NCBI RefSeq assembly: GCF_006345805.1
Contig: NC_042997.1
Coordinates: 152,458,001 to 152,522,000 of the forward strand
Source: Octopus sinensis
Lineage: Eukaryota
Length of the DNA: 64,000 bases
Direction of reading: 5' to 3'
Shown here: positions 53,886 through 64,000 of the stretch, in pieces
Layout: the number at the start of each line of letters is the position of its first letter
Position numbering within the stretch: position 1 is the stretch's first letter
Notes under the pieces: model-generated
What the model was told of the DNA's origin: nothing
The model's input: only the letters and a program-made list of their open reading frames with translations
The model's database searches: none
Program-made: the position numbers and the translations under genes

Positions 53886-53998
53886 AAGAAAAATGCGCAC
53901 TGGCGAACGGGCGAGGGTGGAGACGACTCGGAAAATTCACGTCGGGAATGTTCCGAGTCCTCTCACCACTTCTCCGTTGTCGGCGAAATTGTTTTCTT
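53886..53998 (+). ncRNA. Candidate pri-/pre-miRNA hairpin
   Basis: gactcggaa pairs with ttccgagtc, extended by ggtg/cacc, aacgg/ccgtt and aagaaaa/ttttctt; ~7-nt loop. Confidence 0.5.
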
Positions 53999-55574
53999 CG
54001 TATTCGTTTACTACACATTATTTTACACCTAGTACACTGTTGTTTTTGTTTCAATTTTTGTAATCGGGTGTCGAATTGGGGTTACTGGATCGTGTGAATC
54101 ATCCGAATTCACACTGGAGTTTAACCAAAAAACTTGGTTGGTAACATAACGTCAGTGACGAAATAAATTACCTTGACAAATCCCCGAAGTCCTCAAAACT
54201 AAGTATGTTCGAATAACGGTTATAAACCTCAATCTCACTCAAGGTAGTATAAATCAAAAGAAAATTGATCATTTGGTTCTTTACGACTGTTCCATTCCTA
54301 AACATAATCATATCACTAAGTCAACAGTCAATTTTCTTAATTATAGGGAAGAAATCCTAAACATGTAAATGACAAATATTTTTTTAAATGTCTAAATGAT
54401 ATCGTTACTAGGTATAGGAATATATTCATTGCGTAATACTCGTATTTAATTCTATTTACAAAGAACATGTACAGTGATACCAGTTTCTCGTATGAACGGC
54501 ATCTCTGAAATACTTATTTTCCGATATAAATTTCTTTGGTAAAATTTTATAATACAAAAACATAAGTACAGCAGAGTGAAGAACTTAAGATACTTTTTCT
54601 CCTTGAATCTTGTCTTTTGCAGTTAACTTCACTGAGAACAGTTGTTCCCCGCTTTCTACTTCTGTATATTGCTTGAAATAAACTTGCGCAAACATATAAA
54701 ACACTTTCTTCCGAGACAAAAACATCTGCATTGGGATATGATCTGGTAGCCTTGTAATCTCGCACCATTTCTATTCGTACAATACCTTTCTCAGTAAAGT
54801 ATGTAATCAGACTTAGAAGCAACATATGTATGTACACACTAACTTAGTTCGACAATACTTTTATGTTAGCATTGAATTACTAACACAAAAGAAATCCTCC
54901 GTGATTGAATTTGACCATATATACGGCTTGTTTATTTTAGTTCGCATTTAGTAGCTAGAAACTAACAGGGAAGTCACAAAGGCAAAACAATACACAATGT
55001 AAATAATAAAGGCGTTGTAACATAATGAAATAGAAAATAGATTCTGCCACATTTTTTTTTACAGATTAGAGTACTTTGTTTTGCATTGAATGAAAGCAAA
55101 TTAATAGTCGGAATAATCAAATCAAATCTTTCATCAATACTTACTAATTAAATAAAGTCACTAAAACGCCTCTTGTGAAATACACAAAAATCGAACTATA
55201 TCTTGAAACATTAGTAAAACAAATAGTTTACCTAACGAATTTTCTTGTTTACTTCATTATTTCTACTTTACAATTATCAATAACCCAGTTTGTCCACAAT
55301 CAGTTATTGACCACACCCACTCGAATTTCAAATAGGACTTATATTAAAGCGGTGCTCATGCGTATCAAAAACAGTTCAACTGCTTCAAACGCAATCATCT
55401 TTGACTGCGCAGAAAAATAAACACCTCCTGCTTGAGTAGCAAAGATTGACACGTGTTCCCAACATCTACAACATATCGCAACAGTTTTTTTGCCCTTATA
55501 TGCTGACAAGAAGTAAGCAGTTACATCTGTTTGAAGCCGGTTCAATGCAAACATCTTTATTCTTCTCGTCATTA

Positions 55575-55998
55575 CTCTCTCTTTACTCTTTTACTCTTTT
55601 ACTTGTTTCAGTCATTTGACTGTGGCCACGCTGGAGCACCGCCTTTAGTCGAGCAAATCGACCCCAGGACTTATTCTTTTGAAGCCTAGTACTTATTCTA
55701 TCAGTCCCTTTTGCCGAACTGCTAAGTTACGGAAACGTAAACACACTAGCATCGGTTGTCAAGTGATGTTGGGGAGACAAACACAGGTACACAAACATAT
55801 ACACACACATACATATGTATATATACATATATACGACGGGCTTCTTTCAGTTTCCATCTACCAAATCCACTCACAAGGCTTTGGTCGACCCGAGGCTATA
55901 GTAGAAGACACTTGCCCAAGGTGCCACGCAGTGAAACTGAACCCGGAACCATGTGGTTCGTAAGCAAGCTACTTACTACACAGCCACTCCTTCGCCTA
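55575..55998 (-). mobile_element. Full family C SINE
   Basis: Head (rc) ataggcgaaggagtggctgtgtagtaag; tail (rc) (gagtaaaa)n. Confidence 0.92.
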
Positions 55999-56205
55999 TT
56001 TTTCATTTCCATATCCTTATATAAACCACCTTAACTAACTCATTTACCAAAAAATTTTGTTAATTCGTCTCCAGCATTTGCAAGAATTTGGCATTTGCTC
56101 ATTATTTACAGCACTATGTGAAGATTTTATATGTACTCACTCACACACACACATACACACACACACACACCACACACACACAGAGTGTAGTATAATATAA
56201 GACAA

Positions 56206-56586
56206 TGGCGCAGTCGTGACTGTGTGGTAAGAATCTTGCTTCTCAACCTCATGATTCCGGATTCAGTCCCACCGCGTGACACCTTGGGCAAATGTCTTCT
56301 ACTATAGCTTAGGGCCGACCAAAGCCTTGTAAGTGGATTTGGTAGACGGAAACTGAAAGAAGCCCGTCAGATATATATATATATATGGGGGGGGCGTGTC
56401 TTTGTACCTGTGCTTGTCCCCAATCACCGCTCGACAACCGATGCTGGCGTGTTTACGTCCCTCTAACTTAGCGGTTCGGTAAACGATATGATAGAATAAG
56501 TACTAAGTTTAAAAAATAAAACCCTTCAAGGCTGTGCTCAAGCATGGCCGCAGCCAAATGAGTCAAACAGGTAAAAGAATAAAAGA
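56206..56586 (+). mobile_element. Full family C SINE
   Basis: ggcgcagtcgtgactgtgtggtaag...gcatggccgcagccaaatg..taaaagaataaaagaa. Confidence 0.9.
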
Positions 56587-56742
56587 ATATATATATAGTC
56601 CACAGATAAGACCTAAAGATTCTTCGTATAGAAGACACTTAGTATTGTTCAAAAGATTCAATCTAAGACACCCCCAATGTCTTTACAGGGGATCATTCCA
56701 CAAGGTAGAGAAAGGCTATAAGGAGGTGTCTGTCTGCATAAG

Positions 56743-57030
56743 AATGTAGTCAGCAAGTGCCGTGTCATAATACCATGCTCCCACCAAGCAAGAGTCTATA
56801 TTGGCGGTGCTGTTAATTTCAAGCACCGCTACCGTGCACACATAAACTCTTCCTCCAATCCAAACTCTAAATTATCTACTTCCTTAGTAACTTATATGCA
56901 TAACCTTAAATCTCAAAATGTTCCCTTTACCATAACCTGGTCCATCGTAAGTGAGGCTCTCTCCGTACAACGCAAACATCGCTATGTGTAAATTATGTTT
57001 AAGAGAATCGCTAATCGCCCTTCACCACCG
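56743..57030 (+). pseudogene. Second PLE GIY-YIG relic
   Basis: NVVSKC..VYIGGAVNFKHRYRAH..STSLVTYMHNLK..ITWSIV /frameshift/ SPYNANIAMCKLCLRE. Confidence 0.8.
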
Positions 57031-57551
57031 CAACCTCTCATTACATATTTCACACACACACACACACTCAGACATATGTTGTTCAGTAGTATATTCCTGC
57101 ATATGGCACAAAACGAGTCATAAAGTTACCGATATTTTACTTCCGGTTATATACCAAAATAAGGAGTATATTGCCTGACAATACAAAAGTATAATCGTTC
57201 AATTTCTCGTTTAGCTCGTGCTATTTTATAACTTGTGGACTTCTAACTTATAGCACAAATAAAGGAAAGAAACTTATTTAAGGACTTCTTTTATTATTTC
57301 CCTTGAGCTGGCGTTGTTTTTGTTTTTGTAAATGTTTTTGTATATAAAAATTAATTTCATTATACAAGAACATTTACTCATGCACATACATAAATTTGCA
57401 AATATATACTAATGTAGAAGAGTTCTTCCCTAGTGTTCAAAGTCTTCAATATTCTAGTCGTGACGTTTAATTTCACTCTAATACAGATGTTTCTTTACCC
57501 AAGTGTTGGGAAGACACTCGGCATGAAATGGAAACAAAATTGAAAGAACAC

Positions 57552-57590
<39 letters not shown>

Positions 57591-57664
57591 TCACTGCGAT
57601 ATATACTTTTTTTAACAGTACAAGATTTCTTTCTTTGTCTTCTCTTTCCCTTCCTCTATATAAA

Positions 57665-57701
<37 letters not shown>

Positions 57702-58366
57702 ACCATACATTTCATTAAGCTTCTTTCTACCGACACATCAACAAAAACATTTCTCCAGATTTTAACTTTAACCCGCATCAGCCTAATTATATCGATTCTA
57801 GTATCTTTTCATATTCGTTATGTATTTTTGAATAAACAGAAAACTGAAGAAGAAAGTGGTTTTAATTTACTTACGTCAATGGTACCAAATATAAGCTTGT
57901 TTATATCATTGACCTCATAAGGAAGGAAAACAATGTCTACTCCAGCAGTAGAATTCTGAAAGTAAAAGACTGCGATTAGATAACAACAGAAAGTTTTCTC
58001 CCCAGTCTACCGTTTCTATCATGCTCAACTTCATTATCTTCTATAATAAAGTAAGTAGAACAGCATCAATGAATGATCTCGTCAATGTAATTAGTGTATA
58101 AAAGCTGCTTTTATGGGTGCATAAAACCTAAAATATTGGTTGCTACTTTTAGATTTTAAGAATTTATAGAAGGAAATTTTGACTACTAATTGATTGGATA
58201 ACCTCAGTCAATAGAAGTTTTTAACTCACTAAATCATAACTCACTATATCTTATCGTATTAGCAGTCAGTGTCCAGCAAGTTTCACCTTATTTTCCCTCC
58301 AGCCATACTGTTGATATTTACAGAAAGCATCACTAATCGCCCTCTATTCCTATATATGCTGATCAT

Positions 58367-58581
58367 ACTCTTTTACTCTTTTACTTGTTTCAGTCATTTG
58401 ACTGTGGTCATGCTGGAGCACCGCTTTTAGTCGAGCAAATTGACCCTAGGACTTATTATTTGTAAGCCAAGTACTTATTCTATCGGTCTCTTTTGCCGAA
58501 CCGCTAAGTTACGGGGACGTATGCACACCAACATCGGTTGTTAAGCGATGTTGGGGGACAAACACAGACATACAAACATAT

Positions 58582-58614
<33 letters not shown>

Positions 58615-58780
58615 AATATACATATATACGACAGGCTTCTTTCAGTTTCCGTCTATCAAATCCACTCACAAGGAGGCTATAGTAGAAGACACTTGCCCAA
58701 GGTGCCACGCAGTGGGACTGAACCCAGAACAATGAGGTTCGTAAGCAAGCTACTTACCACACAGCCACTCCTACGCCTAT
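58367..58780 (-). mobile_element. Full family C SINE
   Basis: Near-consensus copy. Confidence 0.92.
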
Positions 58781-59300
58781 CTTAACAAGTAAAAAGATTA
58801 TACTCTTTGAGACGAACTGAGAAGACTGAAACATGGTCTTTCTTTCCACCAATAAGTTTGTTTTGAAAACAGGTGTATTTCATTTTCATTTTACAAAAGA
58901 TTCGATTGACTAATGTTATCTGAGTTGTCTCCTTTTGTTGTTGTTTTTAGATATTAAGCATGCCTTTCTGGAGGCTTTTCCCAATTAACTGCATTATTAA
59001 TTTTGTTCAAATGAAGTATTTCTCAAGTCGCTTTATTAAATATTCATCACCCTACGACCGAATGTGTAAAAATTATGAAGATTATGGTGCAACTGATAAG
59101 CATTTAGTAGGAGTTTTTTAATCGTACTTTCAAGTCACTGTTCTGTACCTTGGGCTTGTGTAACGCTTTGAAAGCGTTAGACGATTAAATGCCCCCCCCA
59201 CCTCACTACCATCCTAGTAGTTATTTTGAGTCTGGTACTTATTCTATCGGCTCTTTTTGCAGGATCGCTTAATTCCGGGGATGTAAACAAAACAAAACAT

Positions 59301-59489
59301 TATTTACTGTATTTACATTCGACGGATATTTATCCTCATCTTTGTTGTTAACACAACGTTTCAGCTGATATACCCGCCAGCCTTCTTCAGGTGTTGTGTT
59401 AACAACAAACAAGATGAGGCCAAATATCCGTCAAACGTAAATAATGTAAATAATGTACATAATTCCTCATCTCTTAAATATAGAACTGT
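59301..59489. mobile_element. Small PLE-type fold-back element with ~12-bp TSD
   Basis: Arms ~59301-59357 and ~59394-59454. TSD aaaac(a/g)aaacat at 59289-59300 and 59490-59501. Confidence 0.75.
59350..59395 (-). ncRNA. Minimal type I hammerhead ribozyme motif
   Basis: Minus strand: AACAC-CUGAAGA-A-GGCUG..CAGCU-GAAA-CG-UU-GUGUU, with intact catalytic core. Confidence 0.75.
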
Positions 59490-59951
59490 AAAACGAAACA
59501 TGTAGTCAAGCAGTGTGAGACTAACACAAACATGTACACGCATACACTTACACACACACACAAACACACAAACACACGCACACACACACCCACGACTGAG
59601 TTCCTCATAGTTTTCTGTCTACTGAAATCCCTCACTTAGCTTTTGCCTGTTCAGGCCGGCTACGCAGTGAAACTGAACCTCAACCACATATATTCGAAAC
59701 AAACTTCTTAATCACATAACGATATCTATGCCTAACATTATAGAATCTAACCTGGTTATTGCAAACCAAATTTATGGGCTTCTGACAATACACTGACTGA
59801 TCTCGATTTCTCATTATAGCAATATTATTTTCCATAACCGTGTCTCATATATGGTCTATAAATATCGAATATTTCAATGGTGTAATGGGAATTCACCATT
59901 TAAAAGGAACTAATATGAAAAGAAAATCATAACTACCATCATCAGCATCAT

Positions 59952-60042
59952 CATTATTATTATTATTAATATTACTATTATTATTATTATTACTATTACT
60001 ATTATTATTATTATTACTATTATTATTATTATTATTATTATT
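59952..60042. repeat. (TTA)n microsatellite
   Basis: Visible; lies at the 3' end of the R4 relic. Confidence 0.95.
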
Positions 60043-61190
60043 AGTATTTCACATACGCAATTAGACTGTTAGAAAAGAAAATTTCCTAACATCGGGAAAT
60101 AAGAAGTAACTTTAGATGCCACAAATTCTCCTAAGTATCCTAGCTTTCCCTAATAACACTGTTTTCCTAATGCCCCTATAAATACAGGAATATATTTTAA
60201 CTGCACTTTCCATAGTCTGTAACTCAATGGCTAGGTCCTGATATTTTCTCTGTACCTCTCATATCAATTTTCTCATCATTTGGGACTGGAAAGTCAATTA
60301 TCTGGTACTTTCTATTCTCTTTGCCTACAACTACTAAATCAAGCCTTCTAGCTTCTATTACTCAGTCTATCTGAATGTTAAAATCCCACAACATCCTATA
60401 TTTCTTACTTTCTAGTACTTTACTAGGTTTATATTCATACCATTTATCTGTAAGGTCAAATCCCAGCTTTCTACATAACTCCCAGTGGATTTTCCCCTAG
60501 GTTATCATGCTTTCTTCTGTATCATCCCTGTGCCAACATGCTACATTCACTTACTAAATTAGTAACACCCTTCTTTTGATTTACAGAGCCTACATGGGGA
60601 ATCAACCTGGTTTTTATTTATCTTAGCTTTTATCTAGTTAGACATCCATGCTTGATCTTGTGCCGCTACTAACAAACTTTCTGTCTTCCTTTCCAGCCAT
60701 CCTTTCTGCAACCATAACCATGTCTCACTACTACTATGTCCTGCAAATATCTTTGGGAATCTAATATACAAAGCCTTCTCTTGCCTATCAGATAACCTCT
60801 CTTCTTTTTTCTAGTTTTTAACTTCGTTTGACTTATTGGTTTGCCTATGCCCTACTGTCACTCTAGCAGCTCTTAATAAACTTTCTTCACTATTACCTAC
60901 ATAGGAAGCTATATCTACTCTAGTTAACTCCTCGCAGCAGTCGACTGATATTAACCCTCTTCCACCTTCCTTCCTTAGTAAGTATAATCATGCTACTCAT
61001 CCTCTTGAGTGAAGTCCTCCATTCATATTGAATTCCTTCCTAGTTCTTCTGTCTAGCTTTGCTAATTCAGAATTTGTCCAATCTACAAAAGCTTCTGAGT
61101 ATCTAAGTAATGACACTGCCCAACTATTTGTAGCCTTCACTAGATTCGGAACATTTAGCTTTGACTTCATTAGCTTCTTCCCACTTCTGA
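60043..61190 (-). pseudogene. R4/Dong-like LINE 3' relic
   Basis: KATNSWAVSLLRY, RKEGGRGL, VAAQDQA, MLWDFNIQID*VIEARRLDLVVV. Confidence 0.85.
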
Positions 61191-61219
61191 TATGGTGGTG
61201 GTGGTGGTGGTGGTGGTAA

Positions 61220-61428
61220 AAGGCGGTAAGCTGACAGACTCGTTAATGCGTCGTACAAAATGCATTGCGGTATTTCTTCCGGTTGTTTACGTTCTGAGTT
61301 CAATTTCCCTTGAGGTCGACTTTCATCCTTTTGGAGTCGTTAAAGTAAGTACCAGTTGAACATTGGAATCAATGTAATCAACTTTCCCCAACCTCAAAAT
61401 TTCAGGCCTCTTGCTTATAGTAGAAAGA
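61220..61428 (+). mobile_element. Family N SINE, degenerate (another at ~61860-62090)
   Basis: ggcggtaagctgacagactcgtta..gttctgagttcaa..gaggtcgactttcatcc. Confidence 0.75.
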
Positions 61429-61559
61429 GTAAAAGGAGGCTATCAGGCATATTCTCTTGCACGTCGGAATAAAATTGCATTTTTTCCTTTACGTTCAGGT
61501 CTTGTGCCTATAATAGAAAAAAAATATTGGTTTTATTAAAAAGAGAAATTCTAATAAGT

Positions 61560-61850
61560 ATTATATGGAAATATGGTATGTGACAAAGTCAATTCATGTT
61601 GACAGTACAAAAAGACGCAGAATAAACTTACATGCTGGCAGGCCAAATCAATGGTATTTAGCTGGAATCAGGACAAATTTACTTACTTAGGTTGAATAAT
61701 CAACGAAAAAGGAACATGTGAAACTGAAATACAGAGGCAAGTTACACAATCAATAATGATGAATAACATCTGGAGGAACAGCTCTACAACGAGTGACACA
61801 TTGACTAAAAAAGGGATGGAGATGAAATTGGAAGCATTTGAAATGAATTA
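61560..61850 (+). pseudogene. RTE-like LINE fragment
   Basis: DKFTYLG*IINEKGTCETEIQR, KLEAFEM. Confidence 0.55.
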
Positions 61851-63623
61851 TTTCTGCAACATTTTGAGCAATACATGAAAGAACTGGAGCGGTAGTAGTT
61901 TTGTTAAACGTCAAAAAAATTGTCCTGCAGCATTTATTCCATTTCTTTACTTCTGAATTCAAATCCCGCTATGGTCATTTTACTTTCATTTTCTCGGCGT
62001 CGAGAAAATAAAGTACCAGTCAAGTTACTGTTTGTTAAAGCTATCAGCAATATCTCTCCTTAAAATTGTTTGTTATTGAGTTTAAATCAGGAACTACATT
62101 TAACATGTTCTTGTTGAGAAGAAAAGGAAACTCATTGAAACCGTAGAATGATTGGGTAACTTGCAAATACAATCATATCTGGAAAACTAGAAAGTAAAAC
62201 TAGAAGCTGCCAACCGAAAAGAAACTCATTCCGATTCCTAATCGAAACCACAACACCTTATTTGCAGTATAAATATAATCCCGGAAAATGGTAAAATTCT
62301 CATGTTGCATTTCGACTCCTTTTATCTTAGCGGTTTTGTTCCAATAAAAAGTAAAGGCAATGTATTTGGATGTATAAGATATATTTCTCTAATATTCCAT
62401 GTGCTTTATTATCAATCAATTTTCATCATAAGGCAGCTGTTGTTATTGCTGAAAGTTTGAGTGCCTACGGTTAAATACCGACAAGATAAAAAATGCCCAC
62501 TGCTTAATTGTTGACATTATAAACGCCAGCAGGTGCTTTAGCAGAAAAATTTTCCAAAACCTAACTACATAATTTTCTAAAATCGTTTTTAAACTAAAGC
62601 AGTTTATTAAACTGAAAGTTGACATGACTAAAAAAGAAAACTGAAATAATTGAAATAGTTAAAAATACATTATGCAATATACTAAAAGAATAATGGTGCC
62701 AGTAATAACTTCAAGAATTACAGCATTTCATTCAAACAAAACGATAAATTGTGAGACGTTGACCTGAAGGAAAATAGGAAGCGAGTCAGAGTGTAAGTTG
62801 CGAAAACTTTTTTAATATTGTCATTAACCATTACTTATAAATATATTTGGCCACAAGATGACGGCAATATGACTGTCGGTATTATTCTGAGTAGCACAAC
62901 TTTAGTGTAATTTCTTTGTTTATTTAAAAAAATTATTAATTTGGTTAGTATTTGGCACGCGCACAAAATGCCAGAAGTCAAAATGCATATAAAACAAAAC
63001 AAGCTAGATTAAGTTGCACACAAACGTTCACACAGGTACGCATACACATACCTAAATATATACATACATATACAAAAATACGCGCACACACACATATGCA
63101 AATATTTGTATGGGTGAAAGCAATCTTTTCAAGAATTCTTTTTGTGTACAAAGTGTTTATTAAATTACAATGCATCATTTAAACGCTGACATATGCTGTT
63201 TGCTAAAGACTTTTTTCATGCTGCTTCTACAAGCTATTTCGAGATATTTCTTTCACACATTCCCATAGAGTGTTTCATTTGCAGAAATAATTAATAATCA
63301 TTTGTCTTATTTAACAAGAAAATATATAATTAGCTACAACATAAATTATTTAATTAACTCCTCGTTTTTATTGCGTTTCTTTTAATTTTATGATGAACTT
63401 GGGACAAAATCTCTCTCCAAGAATTCTTTTGGTACATTAAAAGTCTATTAATATTAATAAAAGTTAATTCACGTTAAGTTATGTGTTAGCATTCTTTAAA
63501 ATCCCAACATCATACATATATGCCTTCATTCTTTCACCCAGTGTTGCATCCAAAACAAACTTTCATAGATTTTATATCACATTTATTCACAACACATCAC
63601 TTTCCCAATATGTATATAATATA

Positions 63624-64000
63624 AGGTGGCGAGCTAGCAGAATCGTTAGCACGCTGGGCGAAATGCGTAGCCGTATTTCGTCAGCCGTTACGTTCTGAGT
63701 TCAAATTTCGCCGAGGTCGACTTTGCCGTTCATCCTTTCGGGGGTCGATTAAATAAGTACCAGTTACGCACTGGGGTCGATATAATCGACTTAATCCGTT
63801 TGTCTGTCTTTGTTTGTCCTCTCTGTGTTTAGCCCCTTGTGGGTAGTAAAGAAATAGGTATTTCGTCTGCCGCTACGTTCTAAGTTCAAATTCCGCCGAG
63901 GTCGACTTCGCCTTTCACCCTTTCGGGGTCGATTAAATAAGTACCAGTTACGCACTGGTTTCGATATAATCAACTCAATCTGTTTGTTTGTCCTTGTTTG
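63624..64000 (+). mobile_element. Family N SINE array running off the window end
   Basis: Head, Tx1-type tail ending 63856, body resumes ggtatttcgtc, second tail starts ~63975. Confidence 0.9.

Larger units (their letters stand above)
59230..59733 (-). mobile_element. Degenerate family C SINE split by a fold-back insert
   Basis: gtacttattctatcgg..gtaaaca | insert | gtcaagcagtg..actgaacc. Confidence 0.65.

Noticed and set aside
55378-55542. 13-bp inverted repeat aactgcttcaaac / gtttgaagccggtt
   Set aside because: Short and imperfect, no TSD, and the interior does not pair.
62850-62867. CTCF-like motif gccacaagatgacggca
   Set aside because: Core GGC is mismatched; single motif without support.

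Overview
AT-rich eukaryotic intergenic or intronic DNA with no recognisable host protein-coding gene. Almost all long ORFs in the track are microsatellite artefacts or transposon relics. The SINE families, the (TA)/(TACA)/(GATA) load and the LINE types suggest an octopus genome (inference). Contents: three tRNA-derived SINE families; a near-intact CR1/L2-group LINE; Tx1/L1-like, R4/Dong-like, RTE and Penelope-like (PLE) relics; hAT, mariner, DD37D-like, DD41D-like and Helitron relics; and a 2.8-kb (TA)n tract. Most interesting signals: (1) A SINE carrying a Tx1-derived tail appears to insert into its own family at two fixed sites, and a Tx1-like element sits at one of those sites with a 17-bp TSD. 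(2) Several PLE-type fold-back elements carry minimal hammerhead motifs, one with a reciprocal G3-C8 core swap. (3) A pre-miRNA-like hairpin lies just downstream of a candidate non-coding exon. (4) A four-level nested insertion (hAT > SINE > PLE > SINE-head/LINE chimera) spans 6.4-14.4 kb. All calls are by eye; family names come from motif recall, not database searches.
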